DNA of 64,000 bases, from assembly GCA_963838925.1 (NCBI GenBank), contig CAWISW010000002.1, positions 160,001-224,000 on the forward strand, given 5' to 3'. The notes under the pieces were generated by a model. It saw nothing but the letters and a program-made list of their open reading frames with translations, was not told where the DNA came from and made no database searches. This stretch comes from an uncultured Nitrososphaerota archaeon (GTDB lineage Archaea; Thermoproteota; Nitrososphaeria; Nitrososphaerales; Gagatemarchaeaceae). Below, piece by piece: positions 26,304 through 36,859 of the stretch (the stretch's first letter is position 1; each line of letters begins with the position of its first letter). A program made the translations under genes and the position numbers.

Positions 26304-27161
26304 ATGAAAGTCCAAAAAATCTCCGGAAAGGTTCACGCCAGGATAGCCTCAGGCGATTCCATCTACGAAGGGTGGGGAGCAAACCAGGGCTTCGTCACGA
26401 CCAGCGTGGGGGCGGTGGTCATCGACACGGGTTTCACCGCAATCTCCGCAAAGGCCCTCTTGCGGGACATGCGGTCGTCCGGCTCGGCGCCGGTAAGGCT
26501 GATAGTCAACACACACGATCACTCAGACCACGTCTTTGGGAACTCCGTCTTCGACGAGGACTCGCCCTTGATCTTGGCCCATCCCAACTGCAGAGCCAGG
26601 CTCCTAGAACTCGGCAACGAGCGGATTCGCGGATATCGGGCGTTCGACGAGCGGCTGAAGAACGACCTTACCGGACTCCGCCTGACTCCGCCGCAGGTCA
26701 CCTACGAGGACGACCTGGAACTGAGCATCGGGCAGACTACTTTCCGCTTCATCCATCCAAACAAAGGCGCGCACACCAGCGGAGACACGATGGTGCTCCT
26801 GCCTGACGAGAAGGTTCTCTTCGCGGGCGACCTACTCTGGGTGGGCTACCATCCCAATCTCGAGGACGCGGACTTTGACGGCTGGCTGCACGAACTTGAC
26901 GCCATCTCTAGGATGAAGGTCGACCGAATCATCCCCGGCCACGGAAGGGTCGCAGACAAGAGCAGCATCGCTCCGCTGGCCGCATACCTGCGCGAGTTTG
27001 ACGCTAGGCTGGGAAAGCTCGCGCGAGAAGGCGTCCCCAAAGCGAAGGTCGCCCAGCAGATGGAGATTCCAGGGTCGGAGGAGTGGAGCCTGAAGGATTT
27101 CGTACAGCGCAACGTGGAAATCGTCTACGACAGGTATTTGGCACGCGAATCGCCAGCTTGA
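26304..27161 (+). CDS. MBL-fold metallo-hydrolase
   Basis: THDHSDH, AHTSGD, AGD, PGHG; start moved to ATG 26304. Confidence 0.9.
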   Translation: MKVQKISGKVHARIASGDSIYEGWGANQGFVTTSVGAVVIDTGFTAISAKALLRDMRSSGSAPVRLIVNTHDHSDHVFGNSVFDEDSPLILAHPNCRARLLELGNERIRGYRAFDERLKNDLTGLRLTPPQVTYEDDLELSIGQTTFRFIHPNKGAHTSGDTMVLLPDEKVLFAGDLLWVGYHPNLEDADFDGWLHELDAISRMKVDRIIPGHGRVADKSSIAPLAAYLREFDARLGKLAREGVPKAKVAQQMEIPGSEEWSLKDFVQRNVEIVYDRYLARESPA

Positions 27162-27232
27162 CCAGCCCGAGTTGCGAACCCTGAGCGGGCTGAACTCTCA
27201 GTCTTCGCGATGCGCAGCCGCGCGCGAGTGAA

Positions 27233-28405
27233 TCATCGGCTCAAGCTATTGTCACTGAAGAATTCCTTCAGTCGCCGCGTTCCTTCCACTATGGTCTCCG
27301 GGGGGCTGCCGAAGGATATCCTGAGGTGTCCCTCGCCTGAAAGCCCGAAGATCACTCCCGGTAGGACGGCCACGTTGTGCTCGTTGAGCAGGCGGCGCGC
27401 CAGCTCTCTTGAGCCTGTCCGCGACCTGAAGCTGGGGAACCCGTAGAACGCGCCTTCCACCCTCGCACATTCGAGCGCCGGTATCTCCGAAAGCGATTGC
27501 TCCAGCAGGGCCCTTCTCTTCATGAGCTGGTTTCTGAACCTCATCGTGTAGCTCTCGCAGTTCCTGAGAGCGTACGCAGAGGCCGCCTGTATGAATGGCG
27601 GGAAGCAGGTCATGGTGGTCTCGAGGAACCTGTTGACCATGAGTATCGTCCTCGCGTCCGCGGCCACGTAGCCCGCACGCCAGCCGGTCATTGCGAAGCT
27701 CTTCGAGAGGCTGAAGAGGGAGACGACGGCCTCGGGTTTCCTCTCCATCGACCCGATAGACACATGCTTCTTCTCGTAGACCAGGTCTTCGTAGGCTTCG
27801 TCGCTTATGATCTTGACGCCCCGCTCGAGACAGAGGTCTAGTAGGCCGCGGAGCTCCCTTCGGCCGAACACCTTCCCTGCGGGGTTGGAGGGGGTGTTCA
27901 CGACTATCACCCTCGTCTTGGGTGTGATCCTTGACTTTATCTCGTCGAGGTCGAGGGAAAAGTCGTCTGCGAGCCTGTATCTCACCGGCCTGCCGCCGGA
28001 GAGCAGGACGGGTTCCGAGTAGTAGTAGCCGGGGTCGGGAAGAAGCGCCTCGTATCCTGGCTTCGATACGGTGAGCAGCGACGCGTAGATGGAGAGCTTG
28101 GTCGTCATGAAGATGACGTTCTCCTCCGCGGCCTTGATTCGGTTCTTCGAATTTACCTTCCAGACTATAGCGTCCCTCAGGTCCTCGGTTCCCCGCGAGG
28201 AGGTGTAGTGCCCCCCGCCCTTCCTCATGCTCTCATAGGCTGCCTTCACAATCGGCAGCGGCGTGTCGAACGAGGGCTCGCCGATGGCGAGGGAGAAGAC
28301 CTTCTCGCCCTTCGCCCGCTTCTTCGCAGCGAGGTTGAAGATCTCGAACGCGGGAGAGTCGTGGATCTTCTCGAGAAGCATCTCGAGAGCGGGGAGTTGC
28401 CTCAT
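27233..28405 (-). CDS. PLP-dependent aminotransferase class I/II (aspartate aminotransferase-like)
   Basis: GEPSF, PSNPAG, SDEAY, SLSKSFAMTGWRAG. Confidence 0.95.
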   Translation of the reverse strand: MRQLPALEMLLEKIHDSPAFEIFNLAAKKRAKGEKVFSLAIGEPSFDTPLPIVKAAYESMRKGGGHYTSSRGTEDLRDAIVWKVNSKNRIKAAEENVIFMTTKLSIYASLLTVSKPGYEALLPDPGYYYSEPVLLSGGRPVRYRLADDFSLDLDEIKSRITPKTRVIVVNTPSNPAGKVFGRRELRGLLDLCLERGVKIISDEAYEDLVYEKKHVSIGSMERKPEAVVSLFSLSKSFAMTGWRAGYVAADARTILMVNRFLETTMTCFPPFIQAASAYALRNCESYTMRFRNQLMKRRALLEQSLSEIPALECARVEGAFYGFPSFRSRTGSRELARRLLNEHNVAVLPGVIFGLSGEGHLRISFGSPPETIVEGTRRLKEFFSDNSLSR

Positions 28406-28543
28406 AATTTAAGCGTGCAAGAGGTCTCTCAGCTCCCTCGGGGAACCGAAGATTAGGCCGGCGGCCATCTCAAGAATTAGCAACCGAGGGTCAATTTCTT
28501 CCCGAACGGCTTAAATCAACTGGAGCAGAGAATCGCAGCCACA

Positions 28544-28951
28544 TTGGCAAAGGGAAAGGGAACCAAGGAGAGCCCCTGGGCTCTGAAGACCCCGCCCGGG
28601 ACCTCCGACTTCGAGGCGTACCGAGACGAGTCTTCCGCCCCGCCCGCTCTTGTCGTGCAGGTCGGCAAGACGCAACTGCGATACGACCTGCGGTGCATCA
28701 ACGACCTCCATGCCATGTTGAAGTCAAACGGCGGATGGATGCTTCTTGGAAGCGCGGACGAGCAGAAGCCCGCTGCCGAGGGCACCGTCGAAGCATGAGG
28801 GCGATCGCCAAAGAACCCAGTCGGAGGGTGGTATGGCCTCAAGAAGGGTCTTAGAGGCCGTTTCGCGATGTACGTCCCGCCCGTCCTCGAAGAGCTGAGG
28901 CTTGCGGAGGTCGAACACCTGCCAAAGAACAACCGGATGAAAGGGCTGTAG
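28544..28951 (+). pseudogene. Conserved hypothetical protein (DUF6855-like) interrupted by in-frame TGA at 28796-28798
   Basis: ...GTVEA*GRSPKNPVGGWYGLKKGLRGRFAMYVPP... continues in frame to TAG 28951; from memory the family has Trp at the stop position. Confidence 0.75.
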
Positions 28952-29001
28952 GCCCGCCGTTATTCTTACAAATGCACTTGAAGCAGGCTGCATAATGGAC
29001 A

Positions 29002-29015
29002 TTTGGAAGCTTCCA
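29002..29015. promoter_or_regulatory. Perfect 14-bp palindrome just upstream of the P-II gene TATA box
   Basis: TTGGAAGCTTCCAA followed by AAACTTATAT. Confidence 0.45.
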
Positions 29016-29065
29016 ATCCGGTAAACTTATATCTAATATCCACCTTCTGGTGATGCGTCAGCCAG

Positions 29066-29401
29066 TTGAAAAAGGTCGAAGCCCAGGTAAGAAAAGAGGT
29101 GTTCCCCGAGGTTGATTCCGCTCTTAAGGAAATTGGGGTCCCCGGCCTCACCGTGGTGGACGAGCCGAACGCGGGAAGGGGCTTGTGGTCATACACGGTC
29201 GACAACGCGAAGCACGTGCTCCTAACCGTGGTCGTGGAGGATGACGGAGCCAAGAAGGTCGTCGAATCGATTCGGGCCCACGCGTCCAGGCGCTCGTGGG
29301 GAGACGGAAGGATCGCGGTCACAAGCATCGAGGGAGCGTTTGACATAGGGTCGGGGCGACTGGACCAGAACGAGCTCGCCGCGCCTCTGCTGAGCAGCTG
29401 A
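29066..29401 (+). CDS. P-II family signal transduction protein (short T-loop)
   Basis: MKKVEA.VR, GVPGLTV, GDGRIAV. Confidence 0.85.
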   Translation: MKKVEAQVRKEVFPEVDSALKEIGVPGLTVVDEPNAGRGLWSYTVDNAKHVLLTVVVEDDGAKKVVESIRAHASRRSWGDGRIAVTSIEGAFDIGSGRLDQNELAAPLLSS

Positions 29402-29426
29402 CAACCTTCCAGAATCAGACGTAGTT

Positions 29427-29669
29427 CTACTGCGGCTTTTGCGTGCCGCTAGGCTTGTACTTGGCCACCAGGGCCACGAATCCCGCGACGATCAGCATGC
29501 TCGAGCACAGGTACAGCACTGGGACGAGCGGAGGCTGAATGACCGCCGCGCCAGTCGCCTGGTAGGTCAGGACTGTCATCCCGACTCCCAAAACGAAAAC
29601 CACGATTCCAACCAGTCTCACTATGACGTTGACCCTGGAGTCGTCGGGGTTGTACGCGGGGTTGCTCAT
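29427..29669 (-). CDS. Small two-TM membrane protein
   Basis: 80 aa, two hydrophobic helices. Confidence 0.65.
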   Translation of the reverse strand: MSNPAYNPDDSRVNVIVRLVGIVVFVLGVGMTVLTYQATGAAVIQPPLVPVLYLCSSMLIVAGFVALVAKYKPSGTQKPQ

Positions 29670-29750
29670 CTTCGCCTTCTTCCGACCATTGACGGGCGGT
29701 AAATAAGCTATGCACTCCGACGCCTACGGGGCCGGAGCTCCGCTCCTCGC

Positions 29751-30869
29751 CTAGGTGCTCTTGAGCAGCTGGAGCTTGTCGGGAAGGTAGGTGTCCACTA
29801 TGTAGCTGAGGCCGTACCTCGAGAAGGCCTCCTGCTCGCTCTTCCTCTTGTTCTTCAAGAACGTGTCGAGCTCGTCGTGCCAGAGCTTCTCCTTGTATCG
29901 AGGGTCTGCCTTTAGCTCGTATACGCGCTTGATGTCTATCTCGGTGAGCGGGTCCGAGGGCAGCTTGTACTTTTGGATGTCCGATGCCCACACCCCGAGC
30001 CAAACCCCCGACGGCGTCGTCAGGTCCCTGAGGTGGGCGGCGTTGGCCGATCCGCTCTTGATCACCATCGCAATGTGCGCCCCCCACGGGTCAGCGTCGC
30101 ATAGAATCCCGATGGGTAGCTTGAGCTCCGAGTGGAGCCTCCTCAGCAGGTACCGGGTGGCCCTCGGCGGCTGACCCGCCGTGTTGATGAGTATCGCCTT
30201 GTACTTCGCGTGGACCTTCTCCTCGATGAACCTCGTGAAGAGGCCGCCCTTCTCGATCGCGAGTACTATCTCGGCATCTGTGTCCGCGAACTCCGCGGTG
30301 GTCATGGCAGGCCCAATCATCATCCCGTCAGGGTGGGCAGAGAGGTCGAGCTTCTTCCCCTCGTAGCCAGGCACAGTGTATTCTATCGTGAGGTTCCCGA
30401 AGATCGCGCTCCTCTCCTCCGGATAGACGTTGAACTCCTCCCTCGCCCCGCCTAGAAGGACCTCGAGGTCGGTGATCAGCTCGTCCGACTCGGCCTGGTC
30501 CTGAAACTCAACGTCGAAGGCCTGTGCGGAGTAGTAGACGTCCCTGAGCGTGGAGGTCTTCTTCTCATCTACCAGCTTCTTTGTGAAGTAAGCGAGCCAG
30601 AGCAGCTGGGTGAACGGCCTGATGTGCTTGATGTTGCCGGCGGACCTCTTGACGGTCGAGGAGCCTAGGATGAACTGCTGGAGCTTCTTGTCGTAGACGA
30701 TGTTGCTGACCGACCTGCTGGCGAACGTCACCGAGGGGAACCTCGAGCTGTCCAGGTCGTTGTAGACCTTGTGGCCCAGCTCGTTGAGGACCTTCTCCAC
30801 CCGGTCCTTCCTTGCTTCAGCTGTAGTCTTCGATTTTTGCTTGCTCATGTTGACTCTTGACTCCGCCAT
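29751..30869 (-). CDS. top6A: DNA topoisomerase VI subunit A
   Basis: TLRDVYY catalytic Tyr, IEKGG, TOPRIM CDADPWG. Confidence 0.97.
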   Translation of the reverse strand: MAESRVNMSKQKSKTTAEARKDRVEKVLNELGHKVYNDLDSSRFPSVTFASRSVSNIVYDKKLQQFILGSSTVKRSAGNIKHIRPFTQLLWLAYFTKKLVDEKKTSTLRDVYYSAQAFDVEFQDQAESDELITDLEVLLGGAREEFNVYPEERSAIFGNLTIEYTVPGYEGKKLDLSAHPDGMMIGPAMTTAEFADTDAEIVLAIEKGGLFTRFIEEKVHAKYKAILINTAGQPPRATRYLLRRLHSELKLPIGILCDADPWGAHIAMVIKSGSANAAHLRDLTTPSGVWLGVWASDIQKYKLPSDPLTEIDIKRVYELKADPRYKEKLWHDELDTFLKNKRKSEQEAFSRYGLSYIVDTYLPDKLQLLKST

Positions 30870-32427
30870 TGCCTCCGACGTCGACGGTCAGTTCCTGCAC
30901 GGCCTTCTCCTCGCCGTCGACGACCTCCTGCTCGTCGGCAATCAGCTGCTTGTACTTTGGCGGGCGCTTCTCCCCGGCGAGCTCCTGCGAGAACCTGGCG
31001 ATCAGGGGGAGGTACTTGCCGTAGATGTTCATCTTCCGCTGTACCGCCTCCATGCTCCCCTTCTTCGACAGGTAGAGGCTCAGCCTCCTCAGGGCCTCGC
31101 GTACGGCGTTCCTGATCTCGGCCTCGATTTCGGGCCTGTCGGCGATGTACTCCTTCCCGACCGTCTTGTACGGGACCTTGGTCGAGCAGATGTGGGTTAT
31201 GACCGCGACCGGCGCCTCCTCCGGCACGTGGTACCTCCTCCAGTCTATCTCCTCGTTGAGGACCTTGAACGAAACGTCGCTGCTCTCGTCGTAGAGGAGA
31301 GGTATGCGGTTGGCGAACCTGAAGAGCTTCCTCCCGGGCTCCAGCACCTTGCCGCCGTAGACCAGCCCCACCTCCACGAGGAACGGGAAGCCTGAGTAGG
31401 ACGAGGGCGGCCTCACCACCACCGTCGAGAACTCGGGCTCGAGCTCTTTGAGGATCCCAGTGCTGAGGATCACCTCCCCGACAGGAGAGAGGCACGAGGA
31501 GTCGGGCGGCAGGAACTCCGTGAACCGCTGGAGCGCGTCGACTATGGTCACCACCTGCTCGTTGGAGAGCTTCTCGGGCGCGAGCTCGGGCTTCACTCCC
31601 GCGAACTCAAGGAACTTGACGGCCGTCCTGTCGCCTATCCTGTGGAAGTGCGTGGTCATGAAGCGCTTCAGCGTCTTCTCCTCGTTGAGCTTGACCATGC
31701 GCTTGAACGCCTCCACGTCGACCCCGTACGGGTGCGGGAGCGTCTCCTTGGGAGGTGGCGGGAGCGCCTCCGTAGCCCTCTCGTACGTCGAGATCCTCCC
31801 TATCGGGTCGACGAACGTGAGGTTTGCGTAGGAGCCGACCAGGGCTGTCTGCTTGAAGTAATCGTTGATCTTCTGCGCCGAGCGCGTGAAGTCGCCCTCC
31901 AGCATGACGTCGACGCGGGTCCCCGTCTTCCCGTTCGCCTCTTCGGTGTCCCTCCTGAGGATGATGGGCTTGTTCTCGCCGATGTCGATGAGCATCTCGA
32001 AGATGTGCTTGCTCTTCCCGTCGACCGAGGTCGTGATCTTTACCGGCTTGTTAGTCGTAATCTGGCCGTAGAGGACGGCCATCGTCCCTCCCATCCCGAA
32101 CATCCCCCTCGACTGGCGGAGCACGTACTTGGACCCGTAGAAGACCTTCCCGAACGCCCTCGGGACGTGGTGCGGGTCGACGCCTGGGCCGTTATCCGCG
32201 ACCGTGACCCGATACGCTCGGGGTTCCGAGGTCTCGCCCCCGTGGCCGTCTGCAACTATCCTGACGTAGACGTCGGGGAGCATCCCCGCCAGCTCGCAAG
32301 CGTCGAGCGAGTTCTCGACTAGCTCCCTGACCGCCATGTAAAGCGCCCTTGCCGGGTTGGTGAAGCCGGCCAGGTCTCGGTTACGGTAGAAAAATTCTGA
32401 TGGACTGATCTCTGAGAAGGTCACCAT
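30817..32427 (-). CDS. top6B: DNA topoisomerase VI subunit B
   Basis: ELVENSLDA, DNGPG, QSRGMFGMG, RFANRIPLLY. Confidence 0.97.
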   Translation of the reverse strand: MVTFSEISPSEFFYRNRDLAGFTNPARALYMAVRELVENSLDACELAGMLPDVYVRIVADGHGGETSEPRAYRVTVADNGPGVDPHHVPRAFGKVFYGSKYVLRQSRGMFGMGGTMAVLYGQITTNKPVKITTSVDGKSKHIFEMLIDIGENKPIILRRDTEEANGKTGTRVDVMLEGDFTRSAQKINDYFKQTALVGSYANLTFVDPIGRISTYERATEALPPPPKETLPHPYGVDVEAFKRMVKLNEEKTLKRFMTTHFHRIGDRTAVKFLEFAGVKPELAPEKLSNEQVVTIVDALQRFTEFLPPDSSCLSPVGEVILSTGILKELEPEFSTVVVRPPSSYSGFPFLVEVGLVYGGKVLEPGRKLFRFANRIPLLYDESSDVSFKVLNEEIDWRRYHVPEEAPVAVITHICSTKVPYKTVGKEYIADRPEIEAEIRNAVREALRRLSLYLSKKGSMEAVQRKMNIYGKYLPLIARFSQELAGEKRPPKYKQLIADEQEVVDGEEKAVQELTVDVGGNGGVKSQHEQAKIEDYS

Positions 32428-32677
32428 ATCTATCGTTCACCTCCGGCCATTTCCGTCGTATTCAGCAAAACTGTGGCTAGTGTTACCCGGTGAGGTATAA
32501 ACCCGCGCCCCACCTCGCTGAAACTATTTCTGAACAATAGCTGCCCCGACACTCTCGCTCGGCGTGGGGGTTGGCCATGACGGATTAATAACCAATCGCC
32601 CCATTTATCGCCGTTTTGCCCTCGGTTCACCGCTCCCCCGCGCTCTTTTGGCGGAATGGAGCCGTTTGTGGCGGATT

Positions 32678-33250
32678 TCAGCTTCGAATCTCTGGGGACT
32701 GGTCTTCCCAGAGAAGTATGCGCTCCATCTTTCTCTTCGTCCTTTCGCGCTGCAGCATGTTGTAGACAGACTTGTGCTGGCTGCCGGCCGCGAGCTTCTC
32801 GATGGCGTCTTTGGCCAGCCTCAGGTCTGCTGGTTCACCGATGATGGCCACGGTCTTGCCGTAGACCGAGACGTGGCACTTTGTCAGCTCCTCGATTACC
32901 CGCCTGGACTTGCCACTCAGGCCGATTATCCTGCCCTTGATTCTCTCAAGGTTGTTCTCGCTCTTCCCAGCGTAGTCCCTGAGGTCTATGATATCGAGCC
33001 CGACATCGGGGTCGAGCAGCCTGAGCGCTCGCGGTGGGGAGAACCCCCTCGCGATGGCCTCGACGACGTTCGCCGCCTTGAACGGGTCAGCCTCCACCGC
33101 GTTGGACCTTATCGTGACCTCGCCGCTCTGGCCGTCCACCAAGAGCGTGACCGCGCAGGCTTCCTCGACGCGCGCCTTCGTCTCCCCCTTCTTTCCGATG
33201 AGGACCCCGACCCGGTCGAGCGGAATGCGAAGTAGTCTCTCGAAACTCAA
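32678..33250 (-). CDS. KH-domain RNA-processing protein (Dim2/Pno1-like)
   Basis: GVLIGKKG, RGFSP, KGRIIGLSG. Confidence 0.93.
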   Translation of the reverse strand: MSFERLLRIPLDRVGVLIGKKGETKARVEEACAVTLLVDGQSGEVTIRSNAVEADPFKAANVVEAIARGFSPPRALRLLDPDVGLDIIDLRDYAGKSENNLERIKGRIIGLSGKSRRVIEELTKCHVSVYGKTVAIIGEPADLRLAKDAIEKLAAGSQHKSVYNMLQRERTKRKMERILLWEDQSPEIRS

Positions 33251-34032
33251 GCTAAAACAGCCTCTAGTATCTGCTCTGGAGCCTTCTCATAAACCCCTCT
33301 CTTCTTGAAGAACGCCACGATGTTGGTGATGTCCCGAAGCAGAAGCTCCTTCGACTCGGGGTGTGACGAGAGCACGGCGGAGCCCATGTCGAAGAGCACC
33401 CTCTCCTTGGGGGCGGGCTTGAAGATGTTGTACTCCGAGAGGTCCGCGTGGACAAGGTCTGCCTTCTTGTACAGCTGGCGGATCATCTTCAAGGTCCACT
33501 TGTAGTCCGAAGCGTCCACCTCGGCCTCGGCGAAGATTGGCGCTGGAGCCGGTGGCTTGCCGATGAACTCCATCACGATTATGTTCTCGTTGAAGGCGAA
33601 AGCCTCTGGGACGCGCACTCCGGCCTCGGCGGCGAGCCTCAGGTTCTTGTACTCCTTCTGGACCCAGAGCCTGATCAGCTGCCTTATCGAGCCCACAGGC
33701 AGCTGTTGGAACCTCTTGTCCCCGGCGACGTATCTCATCCTCTTCTTGAACTCGGCTGATGCGGTGAGGTAGATCTTCACGGCCCTGGGGCTTCCGTCGG
33801 CGGTCACCCCCCAATACACTCGGGCCTCCTTCCCCGCCCTGACAACGCCGTTGAGGTAGGCGAGCTCTCCCCTCGCCATGAGCTCGTTGAGGGCGAAATT
33901 GGTCGCCTTGTCGAAGACCTCCTCCACGGTCTTCCTCTCATTGGAGTCGTGCCTCAGGCGCCTGTTCTGCTTCTCGCTCCTCCGGATGCGCTCCCTTAGC
34001 CCAGAGCCCTGCTCTATGTCACCCTCGGTCAT
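33247..34032 (-). CDS. rio1: RIO1 atypical Ser/Thr kinase
   Basis: GKEARVY, AVKIY, VHADLSEYNI, FDMG; start set to ATG 34032 (track 34182), uncertain. Confidence 0.93.
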   Translation of the reverse strand: MTEGDIEQGSGLRERIRRSEKQNRRLRHDSNERKTVEEVFDKATNFALNELMARGELAYLNGVVRAGKEARVYWGVTADGSPRAVKIYLTASAEFKKRMRYVAGDKRFQQLPVGSIRQLIRLWVQKEYKNLRLAAEAGVRVPEAFAFNENIIVMEFIGKPPAPAPIFAEAEVDASDYKWTLKMIRQLYKKADLVHADLSEYNIFKPAPKERVLFDMGSAVLSSHPESKELLLRDITNIVAFFKKRGVYEKAPEQILEAVLA

Positions 34033-34194
34033 CGACCCGCGCTCGGCCTCGAGGCTGTCTTCTCTCGCCTCATCGCCTGCCTCCTCCTCGGGTCCTTCCA
34101 CACCTAGCCGACTTGGCACGAGCCCTTTAGGCTTGTGATGCAGCCCTTTGGCGAGGCGCAGAACTGGGTCTGGGCGAGGCAAGCTTTATTTAGG

Positions 34195-34215
34195 TATACA
34201 ACATTAAGTTGTATA
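34195..34215. promoter_or_regulatory. Inverted repeat TATACAAC-N5-GTTGTATA in the divergent rio1/grpE promoter region
   Basis: Perfect 8-bp arms in an AT-rich intergenic region. Confidence 0.55.
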
Positions 34216-34313
34216 GCGTCGGCCTCATGACAACGTCGAATCTGAATGGCATTTTCTCAAAGGGTTTTAGTAAAACGCCCCGCGCCGGCTCACCCGGGTT
34301 ATCGGTGACCTAG

Positions 34314-34910
34314 ATGGCGCTCGGTGAAGAAAACGAAGGGCAGGATGATGATAACGATTTGAAAACAGCGAACATGGTGAAGGAACAAGAGAGGAAGGCC
34401 ATCAAGGACGACCTTGCGAAGCTCGAACAGACGCTCGAAGAAGAGAGGAAGCGCAACGAGGAGTACCTCACGAGCCTCCGCTATCTCCAGGCGGACTTTG
34501 AGAACTACAGGAAGAGGGTCGACAGGGAGATCCGCGAACTCGAGGAGTTCTCCACGCTTGGGCTCGTCCGGAAGCTCATCCCGGTGCTCGACGACCTCGA
34601 CCTTGCGGTCGCCTCCGCCACCAAGGCAGAGGACAAGGGCCTGTTGGAAGGGGTCAAGATGGTCCAGAAGAACCTGAGCTCCGCGCTCGAGAACGAGGGG
34701 CTCCAGAGGATAGTGGCCGTGGGGGCGCCCTTCGACCCGTCGGCGCACGAGGCGGTGGACAAGGTACAGGGGAAGGACAACTCCGAGGACATGGTGGTGG
34801 AGGAGATGAGGAAGGGCTACACGTTCAAGGGGAAGGTGCTGAGGCCGAGCGCGGTGAAGGTCGCGCTGGCCGCGAGGCAGGCGCAGGCAAAGGGAGAGGG
34901 ACAAGCATGA
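34314..34910 (+). CDS. grpE: Nucleotide exchange factor GrpE
   Basis: [20 protein letters not shown]...LRPSAVKV. Confidence 0.97.
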   Translation: MALGEENEGQDDDNDLKTANMVKEQERKAIKDDLAKLEQTLEEERKRNEEYLTSLRYLQADFENYRKRVDREIRELEEFSTLGLVRKLIPVLDDLDLAVASATKAEDKGLLEGVKMVQKNLSSALENEGLQRIVAVGAPFDPSAHEAVDKVQGKDNSEDMVVEEMRKGYTFKGKVLRPSAVKVALAARQAQAKGEGQA

Positions 34911-36838
34911 GCGCCTCCACAGCAGCCAAGGGGGCCGCGACGAGCTCGGCTAGAGAGAAGATAATCGGAATCGACCTCGGCACGACCAACTCCGCGGCGG
35001 CGGTCATGGAGGCCGGGCGTCCAGTCGTCGTCCCCAGCGCGGAGGGGCAGACGGTCGCGGGGAAGATGTTCCCGTCGGTCGTCGCGTTCACCCAGGACGG
35101 GCAGCTGCTCGTCGGCGAGCCGGCGAAGAGGCAGGTCGTGACCAACCCTGACGGCACGATATTCGAGATAAAGCGGAAGATGGGCACAGACTACAAGGTC
35201 CGCATCGCCGGAAAGGAGTTCACGCCTCAGCAGATCAGCGCGTTCGTCCTCCAGAAGATCAAGAAGGACACCGAGACGTTCCTCGGCTACCCGGTCAAGA
35301 AGGCGGTCATCACCGTGCCAGCCCACTTCAACGACAACCAGAGGCAGGCGACCAAGGACGCGGGAGAGATCTCGGGTCTCGAGGTAGTGAGGATAATCAA
35401 CGAGCCCACAGCTGCGTGCCTGGCCTACGGGCTGGACAAGGCCGACAAGGAGATGAAGGTCCTCGTCTTCAGCTTCGGTGGCGGCACGCACGACGTCACT
35501 GTCATGGAGTTCGGTGGCGGCGTCTTCCAGGTGCTCGCGACCAGCGGAGACACGCAGACCGGCGGCGCCGACGTCGACTACGCCATCGTCAACCTGATCG
35601 CAAGCGACTTTAAGTCCAAGACCGGCATCGACCTCAAGAACGACAAGACCGCCACGGTGCGCCTCAAGGAGGCCGCCGAGAGGGCCAAGATTGAGCTCTC
35701 CAACATCATCTCCACAGACATCGACCTCCCTTTCATCGCTAGCGACTCTGCCGGGACGAAGAACCTCCACTTCACCCTGACCCGGGCGAAGCTCGAGGAG
35801 CTTGCCGGCCCCATAGTGGGGAAGGTCGAGGAGCCGATAATGCGGGTGATCAGCGACGCCAAGCTCACGCCCAAGGACATCGACAAGGTCATCCTCATCG
35901 GGGGGATGACCAGGATGCCCCTCGTGAGGCAGAAGGTCGAGCAAGTGATGGGCAAGCCGGCCGAGAGAGGGGTCGACCCGATGGAGGCCGTGGCCATAGG
36001 GGCAGCCATCCAAGGCGCCGTCCTGGCCGGCGAGGTAAAGGACATCCTCCTGCTGGACGTCACGCCGCTCTCCTTGGGCGTCGAGACCCTCGGCAACATC
36101 ACCGCGAAGGTGATCGAGAGGAACACCACCATACCCGTCAAGAAGAGCCAGACGTTCACCACGGCGGCCGACATGCAGACGGCGGTTACCATCCACGTAG
36201 TCCAGGGAGAGAGGGCCATGGCCCCCGACAACATCTCGCTGGGCATGTTCAACCTCGAGGGCATCCCGCCGTCGCCCAGAGGCGTGCCTCAGATCGAGGT
36301 CACCTTCGACATCGACGCCAACGGGATACTCAACGTCACCGCCCACGACAAGGGCACGGGAAAGGAGGCGAGGATAACGATCTCAGCCTCGACCAAGCTC
36401 TCCAAGGACGAGAAGGAGAAGATGGTCAAGCAGGCCGACGAGTACGCGGAGCAGGACAAGAAGAAGATGGAGGAGGCGCAGCTGATGAACGACGCCGACT
36501 CGCTCCTCTACACATCCGAGAAGACGAAGAACGACCTCGCGGGCAAGATCAGCAAGGAGTCCGAGAGCAAGATCACCGCCGCAGCGTCAGAGCTGAGGAA
36601 GGCGATGGATGCGAAGGACCCTTCCGAAGTGAAGGCCAAGATGGACGCGCTCAGGAAGGTGCTTCAGGAGGTGGGCACAGCCGTCTACCAGCAGGCTCAG
36701 ACGGCCCAAGCGGCAGAAGGCGGAGGAAACGCCGGGCCGACGCCTGGAGGACAGGGGCCGACGATGGGTGGCGGTGAGGCGGGCGAAGGACCCGTGACCG
36801 ACGCCGATTACAAGGTCGTCGATGAGGATAAAAAGTAA
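34907..36838 (+). CDS. dnaK: Chaperone DnaK (Hsp70)
   Basis: [41 protein letters not shown]. Confidence 0.99.
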   Translation: MSASTAAKGAATSSAREKIIGIDLGTTNSAAAVMEAGRPVVVPSAEGQTVAGKMFPSVVAFTQDGQLLVGEPAKRQVVTNPDGTIFEIKRKMGTDYKVRIAGKEFTPQQISAFVLQKIKKDTETFLGYPVKKAVITVPAHFNDNQRQATKDAGEISGLEVVRIINEPTAACLAYGLDKADKEMKVLVFSFGGGTHDVTVMEFGGGVFQVLATSGDTQTGGADVDYAIVNLIASDFKSKTGIDLKNDKTATVRLKEAAERAKIELSNIISTDIDLPFIASDSAGTKNLHFTLTRAKLEELAGPIVGKVEEPIMRVISDAKLTPKDIDKVILIGGMTRMPLVRQKVEQVMGKPAERGVDPMEAVAIGAAIQGAVLAGEVKDILLLDVTPLSLGVETLGNITAKVIERNTTIPVKKSQTFTTAADMQTAVTIHVVQGERAMAPDNISLGMFNLEGIPPSPRGVPQIEVTFDIDANGILNVTAHDKGTGKEARITISASTKLSKDEKEKMVKQADEYAEQDKKKMEEAQLMNDADSLLYTSEKTKNDLAGKISKESESKITAAASELRKAMDAKDPSEVKAKMDALRKVLQEVGTAVYQQAQTAQAAEGGGNAGPTPGGQGPTMGGGEAGEGPVTDADYKVVDEDKK

Positions 36839-36859
36839 CCCCGGAAGCGAAGCTGCACA

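Noticed and set aside
28796-28798. TGA as selenocysteine or genome-wide Trp recoding
   Set aside because: The position appears to be Trp, not Cys, in the family, and many intact genes here terminate with TGA
32430-32677. 66-aa ORF or ncRNA between the KH gene and top6B
   Set aside because: No recognisable protein or RNA motif; better explained as an internal promoter (TTTATA) and a leader with SD GGAGGTGA for top6B
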